Positions 8,506 to 20,548 of a DNA stretch of 64,000 bases are shown here, piece by piece (within the stretch, counting starts at the first letter, position 1; the number at the start of each line of letters is the position of its first letter). The notes under the pieces were generated by a model that ran no database searches, was not told the origin of the DNA, and worked only from the letters and a program-made list of their open reading frames with translations. Both the position numbers and the translations under genes were made by a program. Source of the stretch: an uncultured Chroococcidiopsis sp. (GTDB lineage: Bacteria; Cyanobacteriota; Cyanobacteriia; Cyanobacteriales; Chroococcidiopsidaceae); contig CAXTYC010000010.1 in assembly GCA_964248365.1 (NCBI GenBank), forward strand, positions 64,001-128,000, written 5' to 3'.

Positions 8506-11500
8506 TTAGCGTGAAAGAGATACCTGACCTCTGGTGGGAGCATCCTGGGTTAAGATATTTTTGATCGCTGCCAAAAATTCTTGTTCAATATAAGGCTTGG
8601 TAAAGTAGTGTTTAGCGCCCAAATGCATTGCTAGCTGACGATGTTTCTCACTGCTGCGCGAGGTGAGCATTACAGTGGGAATTTTTGACATTTGCGGGTC
8701 AGTACGACGATGGCTAAGAAACTCAAAGCCGTTCATGTTCGGCATTTCTACATCAGAAATTATTAATTGAATGTTGGGATTTTTCTGCAATTGATTAATT
8801 GCTTCCCGACCATCTCGTGCTTGCAAAACTTTGTAGTCTGCTTTTTGCAGAGTGAGAACTAAAGTTTGCCGTACAGTGATCGAATCATCCACAACTAGAA
8901 CGGTGGACACATTGATTGACGCGGGTAACGCAGCTGGGATAGTGTAATCGCCCTCCTCTGCTAAATCAGCAATTGGTAAACTAGGCACAGAACCTACTCC
9001 AGTTAAAGTCTTAGTTTCGCCGAAGAAGGCGTTAAGTAACCCAGCAGCATCAATTACTGGGATTAGACAACCATCGCCCAAAATAGTACAGCCGTAAACA
9101 TAGCTAGGAGGCGCGATCGCAGCCCCAAAAGGTTTAATTACCAATTCTTGCTCAGTCACTAAACGATCAATTTCTAAAGCAAGCATTTGATCCTCTTGTT
9201 CCAGTAACAATATCGGGGCTGCCCAGTCATCAGGGGTAGGAACTGCACTCAAAACTTGGCTGGGCGGAGTTTCTGGCAGAGGGCAGGCATAATTGAGTAA
9301 TTGGGACAAGTGAAAGGTAGGTATAATGTGTCCTTGCCAGTGCAAAAACCGCTTACCAGCAGACTGCTTGATTTGATCGGGTTGAGGAATCAAAATTTCT
9401 ACAATGCTGTCAGAAGGAAAGGCAAAAGCACTAGAGCCGACAAAGCAAACCAGTAACTTAGCAATCGATAAAGTCAGGGGAATGCGTAAAGTAAATACAG
9501 TGCCTTCTCCTGGTTCAGAAGTGATGGTAACGCTACCCTTAAGCGATCGCAATTGATCGCGCACTACATCTAGTCCCACTCCCCGTCCAGACAGTTGACT
9601 AACTTGACTTGCTGTAGAAAATCCAGGCTCAAATAGAAATTCGAGTAGGCGCGACGGTTCGGCGGTGTCTGCTTGTTCAGGTGTCAATAGTCCCATCTTT
9701 ACAGCCTTAGCGCTAATACGCTCCAGGTTGACACCTCGACCATTATCTCGCACCTCAATGATCGTTTGACTGCCCTGGTGATAGGCACAAATTTCAATTA
9801 TGCCTTGCTCTGATTTGCCTTGTTTAAGACGATCTTCCGGCGTTTCAATTCCATGATCGAAGGCATTACGGACTAAATGCACCAAAGGATCGTTGAGCTT
9901 TTCCAATACTGCCTTATCTACTAAAACCCCCGTACCACTGAGTTTAAGTTCAACTTGCTTTTGATACGACATAGACAAGTCGCGCAACATTCGTGGAAAG
10001 CGGTTAAGAATTTCACTCAAAGGCAGCATTCTTGCCCACATCAAGTCATCTCGCAAGTGACCAAGCATTTGGCGTTGTCTTTCTAGTGTCTGACTTGACT
10101 GTCCGGCGAGTAAGACAACGTCAACTACGGTTTCTTCGAGTTGCGCCATTTCTTCCAAGGTTGTTTGTACTATGGAGTGTAATTCTCCATAGCTATCCAT
10201 TTCCAGGGAGTCAAAGTTAGTTTGACCCCATGCGATCGCTTCTGTAGGTGAGCTTGATACTACATTGTAGATATTCTGTTCTGTTTGACTGTTTGTTGGC
10301 GCTAATTGGCGATGTTTATAGCTTTCTGGATTTACTACTATTTGATCGGAAAATTCACGCAACATTTGACCAATTTGCTGAAATTTGCCAAATTTACGCA
10401 ATAACTCCTGAATAAATGCTTGTAACTGTTCGTTTTGCAGGGCAAGGCTATTGCGGTTAATTGCCAATTCGCCGATCAAATTATTCATCCGTTCTAGCCG
10501 TTCTAAGTCAACTCGGACGGAAAGCCCAGCGGTAGAAGTCTTAGGAGCCGAACTAGCTTCGGGTTTTGAACTTGTGGTGTTCGTTTTATTATTAGTTGGA
10601 GCAGAGACTAGGTCAGCCTTGGGTTGCACACTAGGCAAATGAGGAATTGCAGGAACTATAGCAGACTTAGAATCAGCTGGAGTAGTAATATCGTTTATGG
10701 GCGGTAAGTTATTAAATACCTGCTCGATTGATTGAAATGCTGAGGAATTATTTTGGCTATTATTTGGTGATAAGGAAGAATCGGCTGGAGTAGCTGAACC
10801 AGGATTTGCAGCTGTAGGCTCGTGGGAGAAGTTAAAGCTGCCAAAGACATCATCTAAAGAAGGAATAGAGCTAATTGCTTCATCATTAATCGGAGCAGCA
10901 GAGGTATTCGGCTCGGTTGAAACTGATTCTATTACCTGGGCGTTAAGTATTTGTGGCTCCAGATCTGAAAAGACATTAGCTAGATCTAGCGGTACTGTTG
11001 TCGCTGGCTGGGGTGCGATCGCACTCGTTAGAAACGTGCTAGGATCATTATCACTAATTGGCTGGGTCGAACTAAAGACACCAAAAATATCATCTAGCGA
11101 GGGAAGAGTAGAAGCTTCGGCAGTAACAGAATTATCGTTTGGTGGTTCTGTAAATGTGGGTAATTCATCAAATGTTCCTAAAGAGCCAAAGACATCGTCT
11201 AGGGATGTGAGAACATTAGCTTCCAGTCTTGGTGTTGATGCTATTGCTAATTGTGCAAGATCGGTCGAGGTAGTACCGCCACTTGTGCGATCCCCAGCCA
11301 TCACAGCTTGTCTACCAGCCTCAAAATCAGCTAAAGCTAGTTGTGTAATTTGCAAAGCTTGCTCTGGATGAGCCTCAAGTGCTGCTAAGGCTGACTGCGC
11401 GATCGCGCCAAATCCAGGCAAGTTCAACATCTCAGCGATGCCAGTAAAAACCTCTACTTGCGCCCGCAATTCTCCGGCTATTTCCTTGCCTTGTGGCTGG

Positions 11501-12021
11501 GCTAAAACAGCTTCAAGCCGTTTTAGTCCCTGAGCGACATCTACCTCAAAGATAGACAATGCAATATCTACCCCCAAGTCAATTGAGCTAGGAAGGGAAT
11601 CCGCCCCCTTGAGAAATTCTCCGATTTGGGCTTCTATCTGAGCAAACACAGGTTCTGCTGCTGTCATTGCCCGATCTGTATCGAATTGACCAGTATCGAT
11701 CTGCTCCATCAAAGGGATACGGAGACAGTCGTAAGCTGCCAGCAACAAGCCTTCTACCGAGTCATCAATTTCGAGTTCTTCGTTATGAAGCCCCTTAAAA
11801 ATATCTTCTAGGCTGTGAGCTAGAGTTTTAATCGTTTCTAGCCCAACACTAGCTGCTCCTCCCTTAATTGAGTGGGCAGCTCGCATCATGTTATGAACTT
11901 TGGCTGTACTGCGCTCTGTTTTTAGCGTCAGTAACTCTTCTTCAATTAGCTGTAGTAGCTCTGGGGCTTCTTGGATGAAGAACTGATAAGCTTGGTCGCG
12001 TATATCAGAGTCAATTGCCAT
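8506..12021 (-). CDS. cheA: CheA-CheY hybrid kinase (PixL/TaxAY type): HPt, long linker, HATPase, CheW, REC
   Basis: MRAAHSIKGGA, HLVRNAFDHGIE, FSTASQVSQLSGRGVGLDVV, C-terminal VVDDS..DVEMP..KP. Confidence 0.95.
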   Translation of the reverse strand: MAIDSDIRDQAYQFFIQEAPELLQLIEEELLTLKTERSTAKVHNMMRAAHSIKGGAASVGLETIKTLAHSLEDIFKGLHNEELEIDDSVEGLLLAAYDCLRIPLMEQIDTGQFDTDRAMTAAEPVFAQIEAQIGEFLKGADSLPSSIDLGVDIALSIFEVDVAQGLKRLEAVLAQPQGKEIAGELRAQVEVFTGIAEMLNLPGFGAIAQSALAALEAHPEQALQITQLALADFEAGRQAVMAGDRTSGGTTSTDLAQLAIASTPRLEANVLTSLDDVFGSLGTFDELPTFTEPPNDNSVTAEASTLPSLDDIFGVFSSTQPISDNDPSTFLTSAIAPQPATTVPLDLANVFSDLEPQILNAQVIESVSTEPNTSAAPINDEAISSIPSLDDVFGSFNFSHEPTAANPGSATPADSSLSPNNSQNNSSAFQSIEQVFNNLPPINDITTPADSKSAIVPAIPHLPSVQPKADLVSAPTNNKTNTTSSKPEASSAPKTSTAGLSVRVDLERLERMNNLIGELAINRNSLALQNEQLQAFIQELLRKFGKFQQIGQMLREFSDQIVVNPESYKHRQLAPTNSQTEQNIYNVVSSSPTEAIAWGQTNFDSLEMDSYGELHSIVQTTLEEMAQLEETVVDVVLLAGQSSQTLERQRQMLGHLRDDLMWARMLPLSEILNRFPRMLRDLSMSYQKQVELKLSGTGVLVDKAVLEKLNDPLVHLVRNAFDHGIETPEDRLKQGKSEQGIIEICAYHQGSQTIIEVRDNGRGVNLERISAKAVKMGLLTPEQADTAEPSRLLEFLFEPGFSTASQVSQLSGRGVGLDVVRDQLRSLKGSVTITSEPGEGTVFTLRIPLTLSIAKLLVCFVGSSAFAFPSDSIVEILIPQPDQIKQSAGKRFLHWQGHIIPTFHLSQLLNYACPLPETPPSQVLSAVPTPDDWAAPILLLEQEDQMLALEIDRLVTEQELVIKPFGAAIAPPSYVYGCTILGDGCLIPVIDAAGLLNAFFGETKTLTGVGSVPSLPIADLAEEGDYTIPAALPASINVSTVLVVDDSITVRQTLVLTLQKADYKVLQARDGREAINQLQKNPNIQLIISDVEMPNMNGFEFLSHRRTDPQMSKIPTVMLTSRSSEKHRQLAMHLGAKHYFTKPYIEQEFLAAIKNILTQDAPTRGQVSLSR

Positions 12022-12238
12022 ATTTGTAGAAAGGGAGTAGTTCGTTTTGGAGTAGGGAGCAGAGGGGCAGGGGGGCAGGGGGGACTCCGAGTCCCCGGTT
12101 CCGAAGGAACTGGGGATAGGGGGGCTTCGGGGTCATTCGCGTAGTGGGGTTGGGGGGAAGAGGGGAAATTAACTTTTCCCTTTACCCTTTTCCCTTTTCC
12201 CTTCCTCTAGCCTCTAGCCCCTAACCCCTAGCGCTTAA

Positions 12239-15200
12239 CTAATTAACTTTGAATTGACTAGCACTAGTTTGCAGTTCTTGCGCCAGTGCTAGCAGTTCCT
12301 TAAATGAGGCTGAAACGATTGTTGCATCGTTTGAGGTTTGACTAGCACTTGCTGCTACATCAGTCATAGCAACAGTCACAACTTGTGAAACTTGTGATTG
12401 CGCTGCTGCTGCTTGGCCGATCGCTGCCACTGATTCACTAATTTGTTGGCTAACAAAGGTAATTTTATTCAGATTCTGACGAGTCTCATCTACTAATTTT
12501 GTTCCAACAACTACTTGCTCTTTACCAGCTTCCATCGCTGCCACCACTTCGTTGGTTTCTTTTTGAATGTTTGCGATCAAATTTTCGATTTCTGCTGTTG
12601 CTTCGGCTGATTGACGGGCAAGAGTTCGCACTTCGTCGGCTAATACAGCAAATCCTCGCCCTTCATCCCCAGCACGAGCTGCTTCAATCGAAGCTTTCAA
12701 TGCTAGCAAGTTGGTTTGAGCTGCAAATCTGCCGATCAAGCTCACCACTTTAGAAATCTTTTGTGAAGATTCACCCAATTGCTTGACTTTTTTCGATGTT
12801 TCTGTTATACTTTCCCGAATTGCCATAATTCCATCAACGGTGCGGTTCATTGCCGCATCCCCAGCTGCTACTGTCGTAGTTGCCTCCTGGACGGCTGCTT
12901 CTGCTATGGCAGCACTTTGCGTCACTGCGCGAATCGAAAGAGACATTTCTTGAATTCGATCTAGTGTTGATGCAATTTCTTCGGCTTGCCGTAGTGCTTC
13001 AATAGACAGTTCTTGTACTGCACCTTCGTTGCTGGTGGTGGTGGATGTGACTTGTTGTGCCGCTGCTTGCACTTGGCTGACAATATTGCGTAAGTTGTTA
13101 ATCGTGGCGTTGTAGGAGTCAGCGATCGTACCAATTTCATCTTCAGTCACGCTGGCACGGATAGTAAGGTCGCCTTTATTAACAGGGTCAACTTCCATCA
13201 GCAATTCCAAGGCGCGACGCTGGAGTAGTTCTTTGGCACTCTTTTGCTGTTCGAGTAGGTGGAAGCGATCTAAAGCAAGTCCCACTTGCGTGGCAAGCTG
13301 GGCAAATAAATCAATTTCTGCCTGTTGCCATGCTCTTGGTGCAGAACACTGATGGGCGATCAATAAGCCTAGTAGCTTTCCTGCTTGCAAAATTGGTGCT
13401 ACTAAATTGGCTTTAACCTCAAATGGTTCAAGTTGTTTGATGTGACACGGGGTTAGACCTGCTTTGTAAATATTCTCAGTAGCCCCGATGCGACCTGCGC
13501 GATACTTTTCTACATATCTATCAGCAAAACAGGGATCGGCAATTTTGGCTCCTAAAGCGCGAGGGAAACCACTGGCAACAGATTCAGCAATTACAGTGCC
13601 TTGCCAATTTTCATCAAAGCTGTAAACGACGACGCGATCGCTATTAATTGCTTTTCGGATTTGGGAGACAGCAGTATCAAAAATTTCTTTGGGTTGTGCT
13701 GTTTGCGCCAGATGTACAGTAATATCTTTAATCATCTGTGCGCGCTTGGCTTCTGTTTGCTGCTGTTCTAGTAAGCTCTCTCGGTCTAAAATCAGTCCCA
13801 GTTGACTTGCTAACTGTCGCAGAAAATCGATTTCTGACTGCTGCCACTCATGGGGTGCATTGCAGTGATGGGCAATTAGCAAACCATAAAGTTGGTCGTT
13901 TTTTACAATTGGTGTTACCAAATTGGCTTTGATTTGCAGTCGTTCCATTAACTTTTGATGCTCAGGGTGGAAACCCGCACTCATCACATTATTTGTAGGA
14001 ACGACACGACCTTTTCTGTATGCTTGTATGAGATCATCTCCAATACAAGAGTCTTCAATTTTGTCATTCAGAGCGCTCCGCCAACCAGGTAGCACAGATT
14101 CATTGGCAATGTAGCCGCTCCAGTCTAGGTTGAAGCGATAGATGACTACTCGCTCTACCTTTAGGAGTTCTCTAGCTCCTGTAAGTGCTTTGTTGAAAAC
14201 AGATTCCAAGCCTTGAGAGTCATTTGTACCGGAATTGCCAATATCAGCAAAGAATCTAGCTCGTTCTGCTTCGAGTTGACGGGCTTCCAGGTTAGCCTCA
14301 ATATTAGCCGCCATCTGATTCAATTCTTGGGAAAGAATGCCAATTTCGTCATGACTGTGGGTGGTTTCTAGTCTAATACCTTCTTCTCCGACTCCGACAG
14401 CTTGAGCAAAACTAGCTAAACGTTTCAATGGGCGAGAAAATGAGCCAGCAATTGGAATACCAACTAGACCAACCAACAGCAATATACCTCCCCCAATGCC
14501 ATAAGCTGTGAGTTGCTGATTTCTTAAGCTAGTATCTACTTCCTTGAGAGACTGACCGATATAGGCTATGCCTACAGGCTTTGCTTGGTCAGGATTGAGT
14601 TCCTTTTGATGGTCATACAAGGGGCTATAGAATGTTAGATACGGCTGACCTATAATATTTGTTTGACCGCTAAACTCTTGCCCCTGATTGAGGACTTTCT
14701 CTGCTACCTCTCTGGCAACCCGCGTTCCCACCGCCCTAGTTTTACCGTCTGTGTAGGGAACATTCGTAGCTACCCGCCAGTCGTGAGCAAATACAGTCGC
14801 ACTAGGTAGTTTGTAATTTTGCGAAAATTTGTCCACTAAGACGTAGTTGCGGTTTTGCACTGCCCCTACGATGACAGTTCCCACTAGCTTATTGTTGATT
14901 TTGATTGGATAAACAGCCATAGCGACCAAGCCTACTTTTCCTCGGTCAGTGTCGTAAGTTCCTTCGGGGAAGGGTTGCTTGGATTGAGGTAAGTCCTTAG
15001 TAGGTTGTGGTCGCAAACCGATATCTGCCTGTTTCTCTAACCCTAAACGTTGGAGTGATTCTTTTTTCAGCAACTCCATACCAGCTAAAGGGCGTTGAGT
15101 TTTTAATGTGTCTTTCACAATTGGAATATCTGCTAAGTTAATCCCTACTGGTAAAGATACTGGGCGATATTTTGGCTCGGTTAATTCTTGGTTATTCTCG

Positions 15201-15757
15201 GCTGGTAGAGGTGGATTACTAGAAAAATCCTCTGCCAGAATTTGAATATCCTGAGCAACTGTTCTACCCTGAGCATCAGTGAAAATTTGAAAGTTTTTGT
15301 TGCTCTGAGGCTCTCCACCATTTTGGATTGCGAGGAAATTTTGTAAAAAGGCACGACGGGCAGATACTTCACTAGGATTACTCAAATCGATTTTAGTAAC
15401 TTCTATTAGCTTAGCCAGGTTCTTTGCTTGTGATTGATTTTCTACTTGTGTCCCAAGAACATACTCTTTTTTAAAGGCTGTCCCGTCCTTTTGTAGAGAT
15501 TCTTTTAATGTTTTCAACTGATAGTCTTTATTAAGAGTAACTAACCCTTGGGTAACAGCAATCGTAGGCAGGGCAGCACTAATCATTAAAATAAGAGTGA
15601 GTTTAGTACGAAAGTTTAGGTGATTCCAAGGTTGAGTCAGGGACTGTAAAAAAGAAGAAGGCTTACTGGGTTTTTGTTGTGGTGGTAACTTTGATTCTGG
15701 TAATTTTGGATCTGAATTTGATACTTGGATAGGTTTTTTGATCGGATAATCTAACAT
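12239..15757 (-). CDS. pixJ: Phototaxis MCP 2: TM, Cache-like periplasmic domain, HAMP, two CBCR GAFs, MCP signalling domain
   Basis: GAF1 DSCIG/HPEH, GAF2 [36 protein letters not shown]; start chosen at ATG 15757 (track starts at GTG 15781). Confidence 0.85.
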   Translation of the reverse strand: MLDYPIKKPIQVSNSDPKLPESKLPPQQKPSKPSSFLQSLTQPWNHLNFRTKLTLILMISAALPTIAVTQGLVTLNKDYQLKTLKESLQKDGTAFKKEYVLGTQVENQSQAKNLAKLIEVTKIDLSNPSEVSARRAFLQNFLAIQNGGEPQSNKNFQIFTDAQGRTVAQDIQILAEDFSSNPPLPAENNQELTEPKYRPVSLPVGINLADIPIVKDTLKTQRPLAGMELLKKESLQRLGLEKQADIGLRPQPTKDLPQSKQPFPEGTYDTDRGKVGLVAMAVYPIKINNKLVGTVIVGAVQNRNYVLVDKFSQNYKLPSATVFAHDWRVATNVPYTDGKTRAVGTRVAREVAEKVLNQGQEFSGQTNIIGQPYLTFYSPLYDHQKELNPDQAKPVGIAYIGQSLKEVDTSLRNQQLTAYGIGGGILLLVGLVGIPIAGSFSRPLKRLASFAQAVGVGEEGIRLETTHSHDEIGILSQELNQMAANIEANLEARQLEAERARFFADIGNSGTNDSQGLESVFNKALTGARELLKVERVVIYRFNLDWSGYIANESVLPGWRSALNDKIEDSCIGDDLIQAYRKGRVVPTNNVMSAGFHPEHQKLMERLQIKANLVTPIVKNDQLYGLLIAHHCNAPHEWQQSEIDFLRQLASQLGLILDRESLLEQQQTEAKRAQMIKDITVHLAQTAQPKEIFDTAVSQIRKAINSDRVVVYSFDENWQGTVIAESVASGFPRALGAKIADPCFADRYVEKYRAGRIGATENIYKAGLTPCHIKQLEPFEVKANLVAPILQAGKLLGLLIAHQCSAPRAWQQAEIDLFAQLATQVGLALDRFHLLEQQKSAKELLQRRALELLMEVDPVNKGDLTIRASVTEDEIGTIADSYNATINNLRNIVSQVQAAAQQVTSTTTSNEGAVQELSIEALRQAEEIASTLDRIQEMSLSIRAVTQSAAIAEAAVQEATTTVAAGDAAMNRTVDGIMAIRESITETSKKVKQLGESSQKISKVVSLIGRFAAQTNLLALKASIEAARAGDEGRGFAVLADEVRTLARQSAEATAEIENLIANIQKETNEVVAAMEAGKEQVVVGTKLVDETRQNLNKITFVSQQISESVAAIGQAAAAQSQVSQVVTVAMTDVAASASQTSNDATIVSASFKELLALAQELQTSASQFKVN

Positions 15758-15804
15758 GGCGGTTACTCTAAAACTTTTCACTTCAAAGCGGGAACTTGTC
15801 TTGT

Positions 15805-15966
15805 AGGGGCTGGGGGCTAGGGGCTAGGGACTAGGGGAGGACAAGGGGACAAGGGGACAAGGGGGAGATGGACAAGATAAAGAATTCACTATTGTGACTA
15901 CTGACTACTGACTACTGACTCCTTTTCCCTTTTCCCTTCTAACCTTTAGCCCCTAGCCTCTAACCC
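15805..15966. repeat. STRR heptamer tracts (representative; also ~8478-8506, 12050-12232, 35170-35200, 47478-47535, 52745-52785, 59040-59270)
   Basis: (GGGGCTA)n, (GGGACAA)n, (GACTACT)n, (AATTACC)n, (TTCACAC)n, (TTCATCC)n. Confidence 0.8.
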
Positions 15967-18900
15967 CTAACTAACTTTGAATTGACTGGCGCTAGTTTGC
16001 AGTTCTTGCGCCAGTGCTAGCAGTTCCTTAAATGAGGCTGAAACGACTGTCGCTTCGTTGGAAGTTTGATTTGCGATCGCCGCTACATCAGTCATCGTAG
16101 TCGTCACCATCTGTGAAGCTTGCGATTGTGCACTCGCCGCCGTTGCGATCGCACCTACTAATTCACTAATCTGTTGACTGACTGAGGTAATTTTGAGCAA
16201 ATTCTGGCGCGTTTCATGCACTAGTACGGTTCCCGTCACCACCTGTTCTGTACCAGCTTCCATCGCCGCTACTACTTCGTTGGTTTCTTGTTGAATATCC
16301 TTCACTAGACTTTCAATTTCGGCTGTAGCTTCTGCTGATTGACGGGCTAGTGTTCGCACTTCGTCAGCAACGACAGCAAAACCGCGTCCTTGTTCTCCAG
16401 CATGAGCAGCTTCAATCGAAGCATTCAGCGCTAGCAAGTTGGTTTGGTCGGCAAATGTACCAATCAGGTTCACCACTTTGGAAATCTTTTGCGAAGATTC
16501 GCCCAAACGCTTGACTTTTTTCGATGTTTCTGCTACTGTTTTGCGAATTGCCATCATTCCATCTACAGTGCGGTTCATGGCTGCATCCCCTGCTGCTACT
16601 GTTTGCGTAGCTTCTTGTACCGCGGCTTCTGCTTGCTGGGCGCTTTGGGTTACTGCGCGAATCGAATTCGACATTTCTTGAATTTGATCTAAGGCGGCTC
16701 TAATTTCTTCGGTTTGCCGCAGTGCTTCTTTAGAAAGTTCTTGGACTGCACCTTCGCTGCTAGTGGTGGTTGATGCTACTTGTTTTGCCGCTGCTTGCAC
16801 TTGGGTAACAATTTTCCGCAAACTGTTAATTGTGGCGTTGTAAGAGTCTGCGATCGTACCAATTTCATCTTCTGTCACATTGGCACGGATGGTGAGGTCG
16901 CCTCTACTAATTGGGTCAACTTCCATCAGCAGTTCTAAAGCGCGGCGTTGGAGTATTTCTTTAGCACTCTTTTGCTGTTCCAGCAGCATGGCGCGCTCAA
17001 GGGCAAGTCCCACTTGTGTCGCCACCTGGGAAAACATATTAATGTCCTCTTGCAGCCAAGTCCTTGGTGCATTACACTGATGGGCAATCAATAAGCCCAA
17101 AAGTTTCCCGTTGCGCATAATCGGGGCGACTAAGTTTGCTTTAACCGCAAATTGTTCGAGTTGGGCAATGTGACAATCAGTTAAACCAGCATCATAGATG
17201 TTTTCGGTAGCTTGGACACGACCTTGAGTATATTTTTCTACATACCTATCGGCAAAACAGGGGTCATCAATTTGCGCTCCCAGTGCTTTGGGAAAACCAC
17301 TGGCAACGGATTCAGCAATTACTGTACCTTTCCACTTGTCATTGAAACCATAAACGACGACGCGATCGCTTTTAATCGCCCCGCGAATTTCAGCAACAGC
17401 AGTATCTAAAATTTCTTGTGCCTGAATACCTTGCGCTAGTTTGAGGGTGATATCTTTAATTTGTGAGGCACGTTCAGCGGTAGCTTGTTTTTGTTCTAAG
17501 AAAGATAAGCGGTTTAAGATAATACCCAGCAAAGCTGCCAGCTGGGTGAGAAAGTTAATTTCCCCTTGCTGCCACTCATGAGTTTCTGCACAATGATGGG
17601 CAATTAGCAAGCCAAATAATTGGTTATTTTTGAGAATTGGTGTTACCAAATTGGCTTTGATTTGCAGTCGTTCCATCAAGTTTTGGTGTTCAGGGTGAAA
17701 ACCCGCACTCATCACGTTGTTGGTGGGAACGACACGACCTTTTCTATAAGCTTCTATCAGGTGTTTACTAATACAAGGATCGTTGATTTTGTCATTCAGA
17801 GCGCTCCGCCAACTAGGTAGCACAGATTCAGCCGCGATGTAGCCACTCCAGTCAGGGTTGAAGCGATATACGACTACTCGATCTGCTTTGAGGAGTTCTC
17901 TAGCTCCTCGTACTGCCTTATTGAAAACAGACTCTAGTTCTTGAGATTGCTGATCCTTTGCTGAAGCGATAGCAGAAAGGAAGTTTGCCTGTTCAGTTTG
18001 GAGTGCTTGGCTGCTGACGAGGTTCTGCAACTGAATTGCCATCTGGTTAATGTTTGACCCCAGAATTGCCAGTTCGTCTTTACCTGCTACAGCAATGCGG
18101 GTATCAAGTTCGCCTTGACCTAATTTTTCCACCGCATCAGCAGCAGCTAGGATGGGACGAGTGGCTCGGTTTGCTAGGTAAGCAGCTACAGCACTTACTA
18201 CTAATGCTGCTATTCCAGTTCCAATTGCCAAAGTCAGCAGCAGTTGTCTCTGTGGTTCAAATACAACGAGTGTGTCTGCGCTAAGAATTACATCCCAGTT
18301 TAGATCTGGTAAACCTTCTAGTTTTTCAAAAGGCGCGAAGGTTATTAACTGTTGATGATTGCTACTTTTTTCTATTCCTATTACCGAATCTACCTTATTT
18401 CCTTGTTCCAGTTGCTCAAAATTGGGTAAATGTTTCTTAGCTTCTTTACCTATGTCATCTTTTTCCGTAGCTGCTAAAACTTTCTTAGACTCGTCGATCA
18501 GATAGTATTGGTTGTCATTGGTCTTGAACGATCGTAGTAGCTGTTCAAAGGCTTTTATAGGCATACGCGCTCGCGCTATGGCAATCGTTTTACCAGTAAT
18601 AGGATCTTTAACAGGTGCGGCGAAGAAAATGCAGACATCTTTTGTCAGTACTGAAACTTCTTCGGTAATTACAGGACGACCAGTTTTAAGCACTTGCGAA
18701 AAATAATTTTGCTCTTTAAGTTTGCCATTGGGAATAGGCTTCCCTTGGGACTGAGCAATTACGTTGCCATCGAGATCGAGAACGGCAATGCTTTCATAGA
18801 CACTGTAAGCTTGTATAACGCGGTCTAGGATTGCTTGTTTTTCCTGAACGGATGTTATCGCCGCTAATTTAGGATCGCGGAACACTGAGTAGTTAGCCAC

Positions 18901-19356
18901 TACCTGAATATTTCCAAACCGCTCAAACATAATGCGGTTAACTAGATTTGCTATTTGAGCGGCACGCTCTTGTTGTACTTGTTTAATTTGCTTAACAACC
19001 GCTTGGTTGGCAAAGTAATAAGCTGTTGCCCCGACCGCTACCACTGGGATTGTACCAATAGCGATCGCGGCAAGCATTGCCTTTGTTCTTAAGCGCATCC
19101 CTCCCCAAAAGGATGACTGTTTGATCGCTGGAGATGAATGCAGTGCTGATTCGTCGTGTCGATAAGAGCCTAGTATTGTAGTTGGTTTTTCTAGCTGTGG
19201 CGATAAGAGCGTTGATTGTGGTGTTTGAGTATCAGATAATTCATCCCCTTCGGAAGTAGAGCTAGTAGAATGACCGTTGGGAGCATTTGTATATTGTTTA
19301 GTATTAGAGTCATTCATATTGTTATGACCGGAAGATTTGGGAGATATTTGAGTCAT
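15967..19356 (-). CDS. pixJ: Phototaxis MCP 1: TM, dCache-like domain, HAMP, two CBCR GAFs, MCP signalling domain
   Basis: GAF1 DPCIS/HPEH, GAF2 [38 protein letters not shown]. Confidence 0.88.
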   Translation of the reverse strand: MTQISPKSSGHNNMNDSNTKQYTNAPNGHSTSSTSEGDELSDTQTPQSTLLSPQLEKPTTILGSYRHDESALHSSPAIKQSSFWGGMRLRTKAMLAAIAIGTIPVVAVGATAYYFANQAVVKQIKQVQQERAAQIANLVNRIMFERFGNIQVVANYSVFRDPKLAAITSVQEKQAILDRVIQAYSVYESIAVLDLDGNVIAQSQGKPIPNGKLKEQNYFSQVLKTGRPVITEEVSVLTKDVCIFFAAPVKDPITGKTIAIARARMPIKAFEQLLRSFKTNDNQYYLIDESKKVLAATEKDDIGKEAKKHLPNFEQLEQGNKVDSVIGIEKSSNHQQLITFAPFEKLEGLPDLNWDVILSADTLVVFEPQRQLLLTLAIGTGIAALVVSAVAAYLANRATRPILAAADAVEKLGQGELDTRIAVAGKDELAILGSNINQMAIQLQNLVSSQALQTEQANFLSAIASAKDQQSQELESVFNKAVRGARELLKADRVVVYRFNPDWSGYIAAESVLPSWRSALNDKINDPCISKHLIEAYRKGRVVPTNNVMSAGFHPEHQNLMERLQIKANLVTPILKNNQLFGLLIAHHCAETHEWQQGEINFLTQLAALLGIILNRLSFLEQKQATAERASQIKDITLKLAQGIQAQEILDTAVAEIRGAIKSDRVVVYGFNDKWKGTVIAESVASGFPKALGAQIDDPCFADRYVEKYTQGRVQATENIYDAGLTDCHIAQLEQFAVKANLVAPIMRNGKLLGLLIAHQCNAPRTWLQEDINMFSQVATQVGLALERAMLLEQQKSAKEILQRRALELLMEVDPISRGDLTIRANVTEDEIGTIADSYNATINSLRKIVTQVQAAAKQVASTTTSSEGAVQELSKEALRQTEEIRAALDQIQEMSNSIRAVTQSAQQAEAAVQEATQTVAAGDAAMNRTVDGMMAIRKTVAETSKKVKRLGESSQKISKVVNLIGTFADQTNLLALNASIEAAHAGEQGRGFAVVADEVRTLARQSAEATAEIESLVKDIQQETNEVVAAMEAGTEQVVTGTVLVHETRQNLLKITSVSQQISELVGAIATAASAQSQASQMVTTTMTDVAAIANQTSNEATVVSASFKELLALAQELQTSASQFKVS

Positions 19357-19437
19357 AGGAGAAAGAGTGATAGCTAGTTGTTTGGGAGTTACTTAGGCAC
19401 TATGAATAAAAATGGCTAAGAAAAAAGAAATCTTTAA

Positions 19438-20007
19438 TCAATTTTTAGGCTGAGGCATACCAGCAATGATGGAATTACCATCCAAAACCACTAAGATTTC
19501 GCCGTTGGATTTCAGCCAATATCCACGTAAAAAAGGCACTAACTGGGGAGTGACAGCAGACAGCGGCGGCGATTGAATTTCATCAGGATTGCACCATTCC
19601 ATGTCTTCTAATCGATTGACCAATAGCCCTAGAGTTTTTCTACCTGTTTTTTGGCTACTTTGGTTTTTGTCTGAAGCCTGCCCAGTGCTATGAATTACAA
19701 CTGCCGTATAATTTGAGCGGCTAGTTGCCTGTTGGTGCAAAGGGGTAAGTCCGATCAAGTGACCTAGATCTACTATCCATAGAATTTCACCCCGCCAGTT
19801 ATACACACCCATCACCTCTGCTGGCATCTGCGGAATTGGCACAACAGAGGCAATAGGTATAGTTAGCACTTCTGTCATCTGTTGCACTGGTAACATGGCA
19901 GCAGTATCAGGTAGTAGGTGAATTCGCAAAAATTGCTGTCCAACCTGCGCTGTTTGTGCTGCACTTAACGGTCCTGCTGCTGTACCCCTGGTCAAAAACT
20001 CCAACAT
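19438..20007 (-). CDS. cheW: CheW (PixI type)
   Basis: VVPIPQMPAEVMGVYNWRGEILWIVDL; LVPFLRGY. Confidence 0.9.
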   Translation of the reverse strand: MLEFLTRGTAAGPLSAAQTAQVGQQFLRIHLLPDTAAMLPVQQMTEVLTIPIASVVPIPQMPAEVMGVYNWRGEILWIVDLGHLIGLTPLHQQATSRSNYTAVVIHSTGQASDKNQSSQKTGRKTLGLLVNRLEDMEWCNPDEIQSPPLSAVTPQLVPFLRGYWLKSNGEILVVLDGNSIIAGMPQPKN

Positions 20008-20070
20008 GATCGCGGATCTCCTAATGCTGCTGGGGAGCGAATGCGATCGCGCACACGCTGCCCTCGTGGC

Positions 20071-20436
20071 TTAATTTTTAATTAGTTGCTTAACTGTTTG
20101 CAGTAGTGTTTCTTGATCGATTGGCTTGGTAATATAGGCATCTGCTCCTTGTTTCATGCCCCAAAATTTATCCATTTCACTGCCTTTTGTTGAGCAAAGC
20201 ACGACTGGAATTTTGCTTGTTTCTGCTTCAGCTTTGAAATCGCGGCATAGTTCAAATCCACTTCGACCAGGTAGTACAATATCCAAAATGATTACATCTG
20301 GTTTTTGGCTACTAATTTTGGCACGGGCTTCTTCTCCGTTATTGGCTGTCTGAACACTTAAACCACCACGTTGTAAGCAGCTAGCGATTACTTGCATCTC
20401 GGTTGTCGAATCGTCAATAACTAAAACTGTACTCAT
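20071..20436 (-). CDS. cheY: Single-domain CheY/PilH-like response regulator (PixH type)
   Basis: VIDDS..LDIVLP..CSTKGSEMDKFWGMKQGADAYITKP. Confidence 0.9.
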   Translation of the reverse strand: MSTVLVIDDSTTEMQVIASCLQRGGLSVQTANNGEEARAKISSQKPDVIILDIVLPGRSGFELCRDFKAEAETSKIPVVLCSTKGSEMDKFWGMKQGADAYITKPIDQETLLQTVKQLIKN

Positions 20437-20548
20437 GACATTAACCTCAAAAAAATAGAAATTGGCTAGGATAGGCTATGACTCAAAGGAGTCAAAATTC
20501 ACCGCGGCGATAGATAAAACAGCTACACTAAACAAGACGTTTTGTGGA

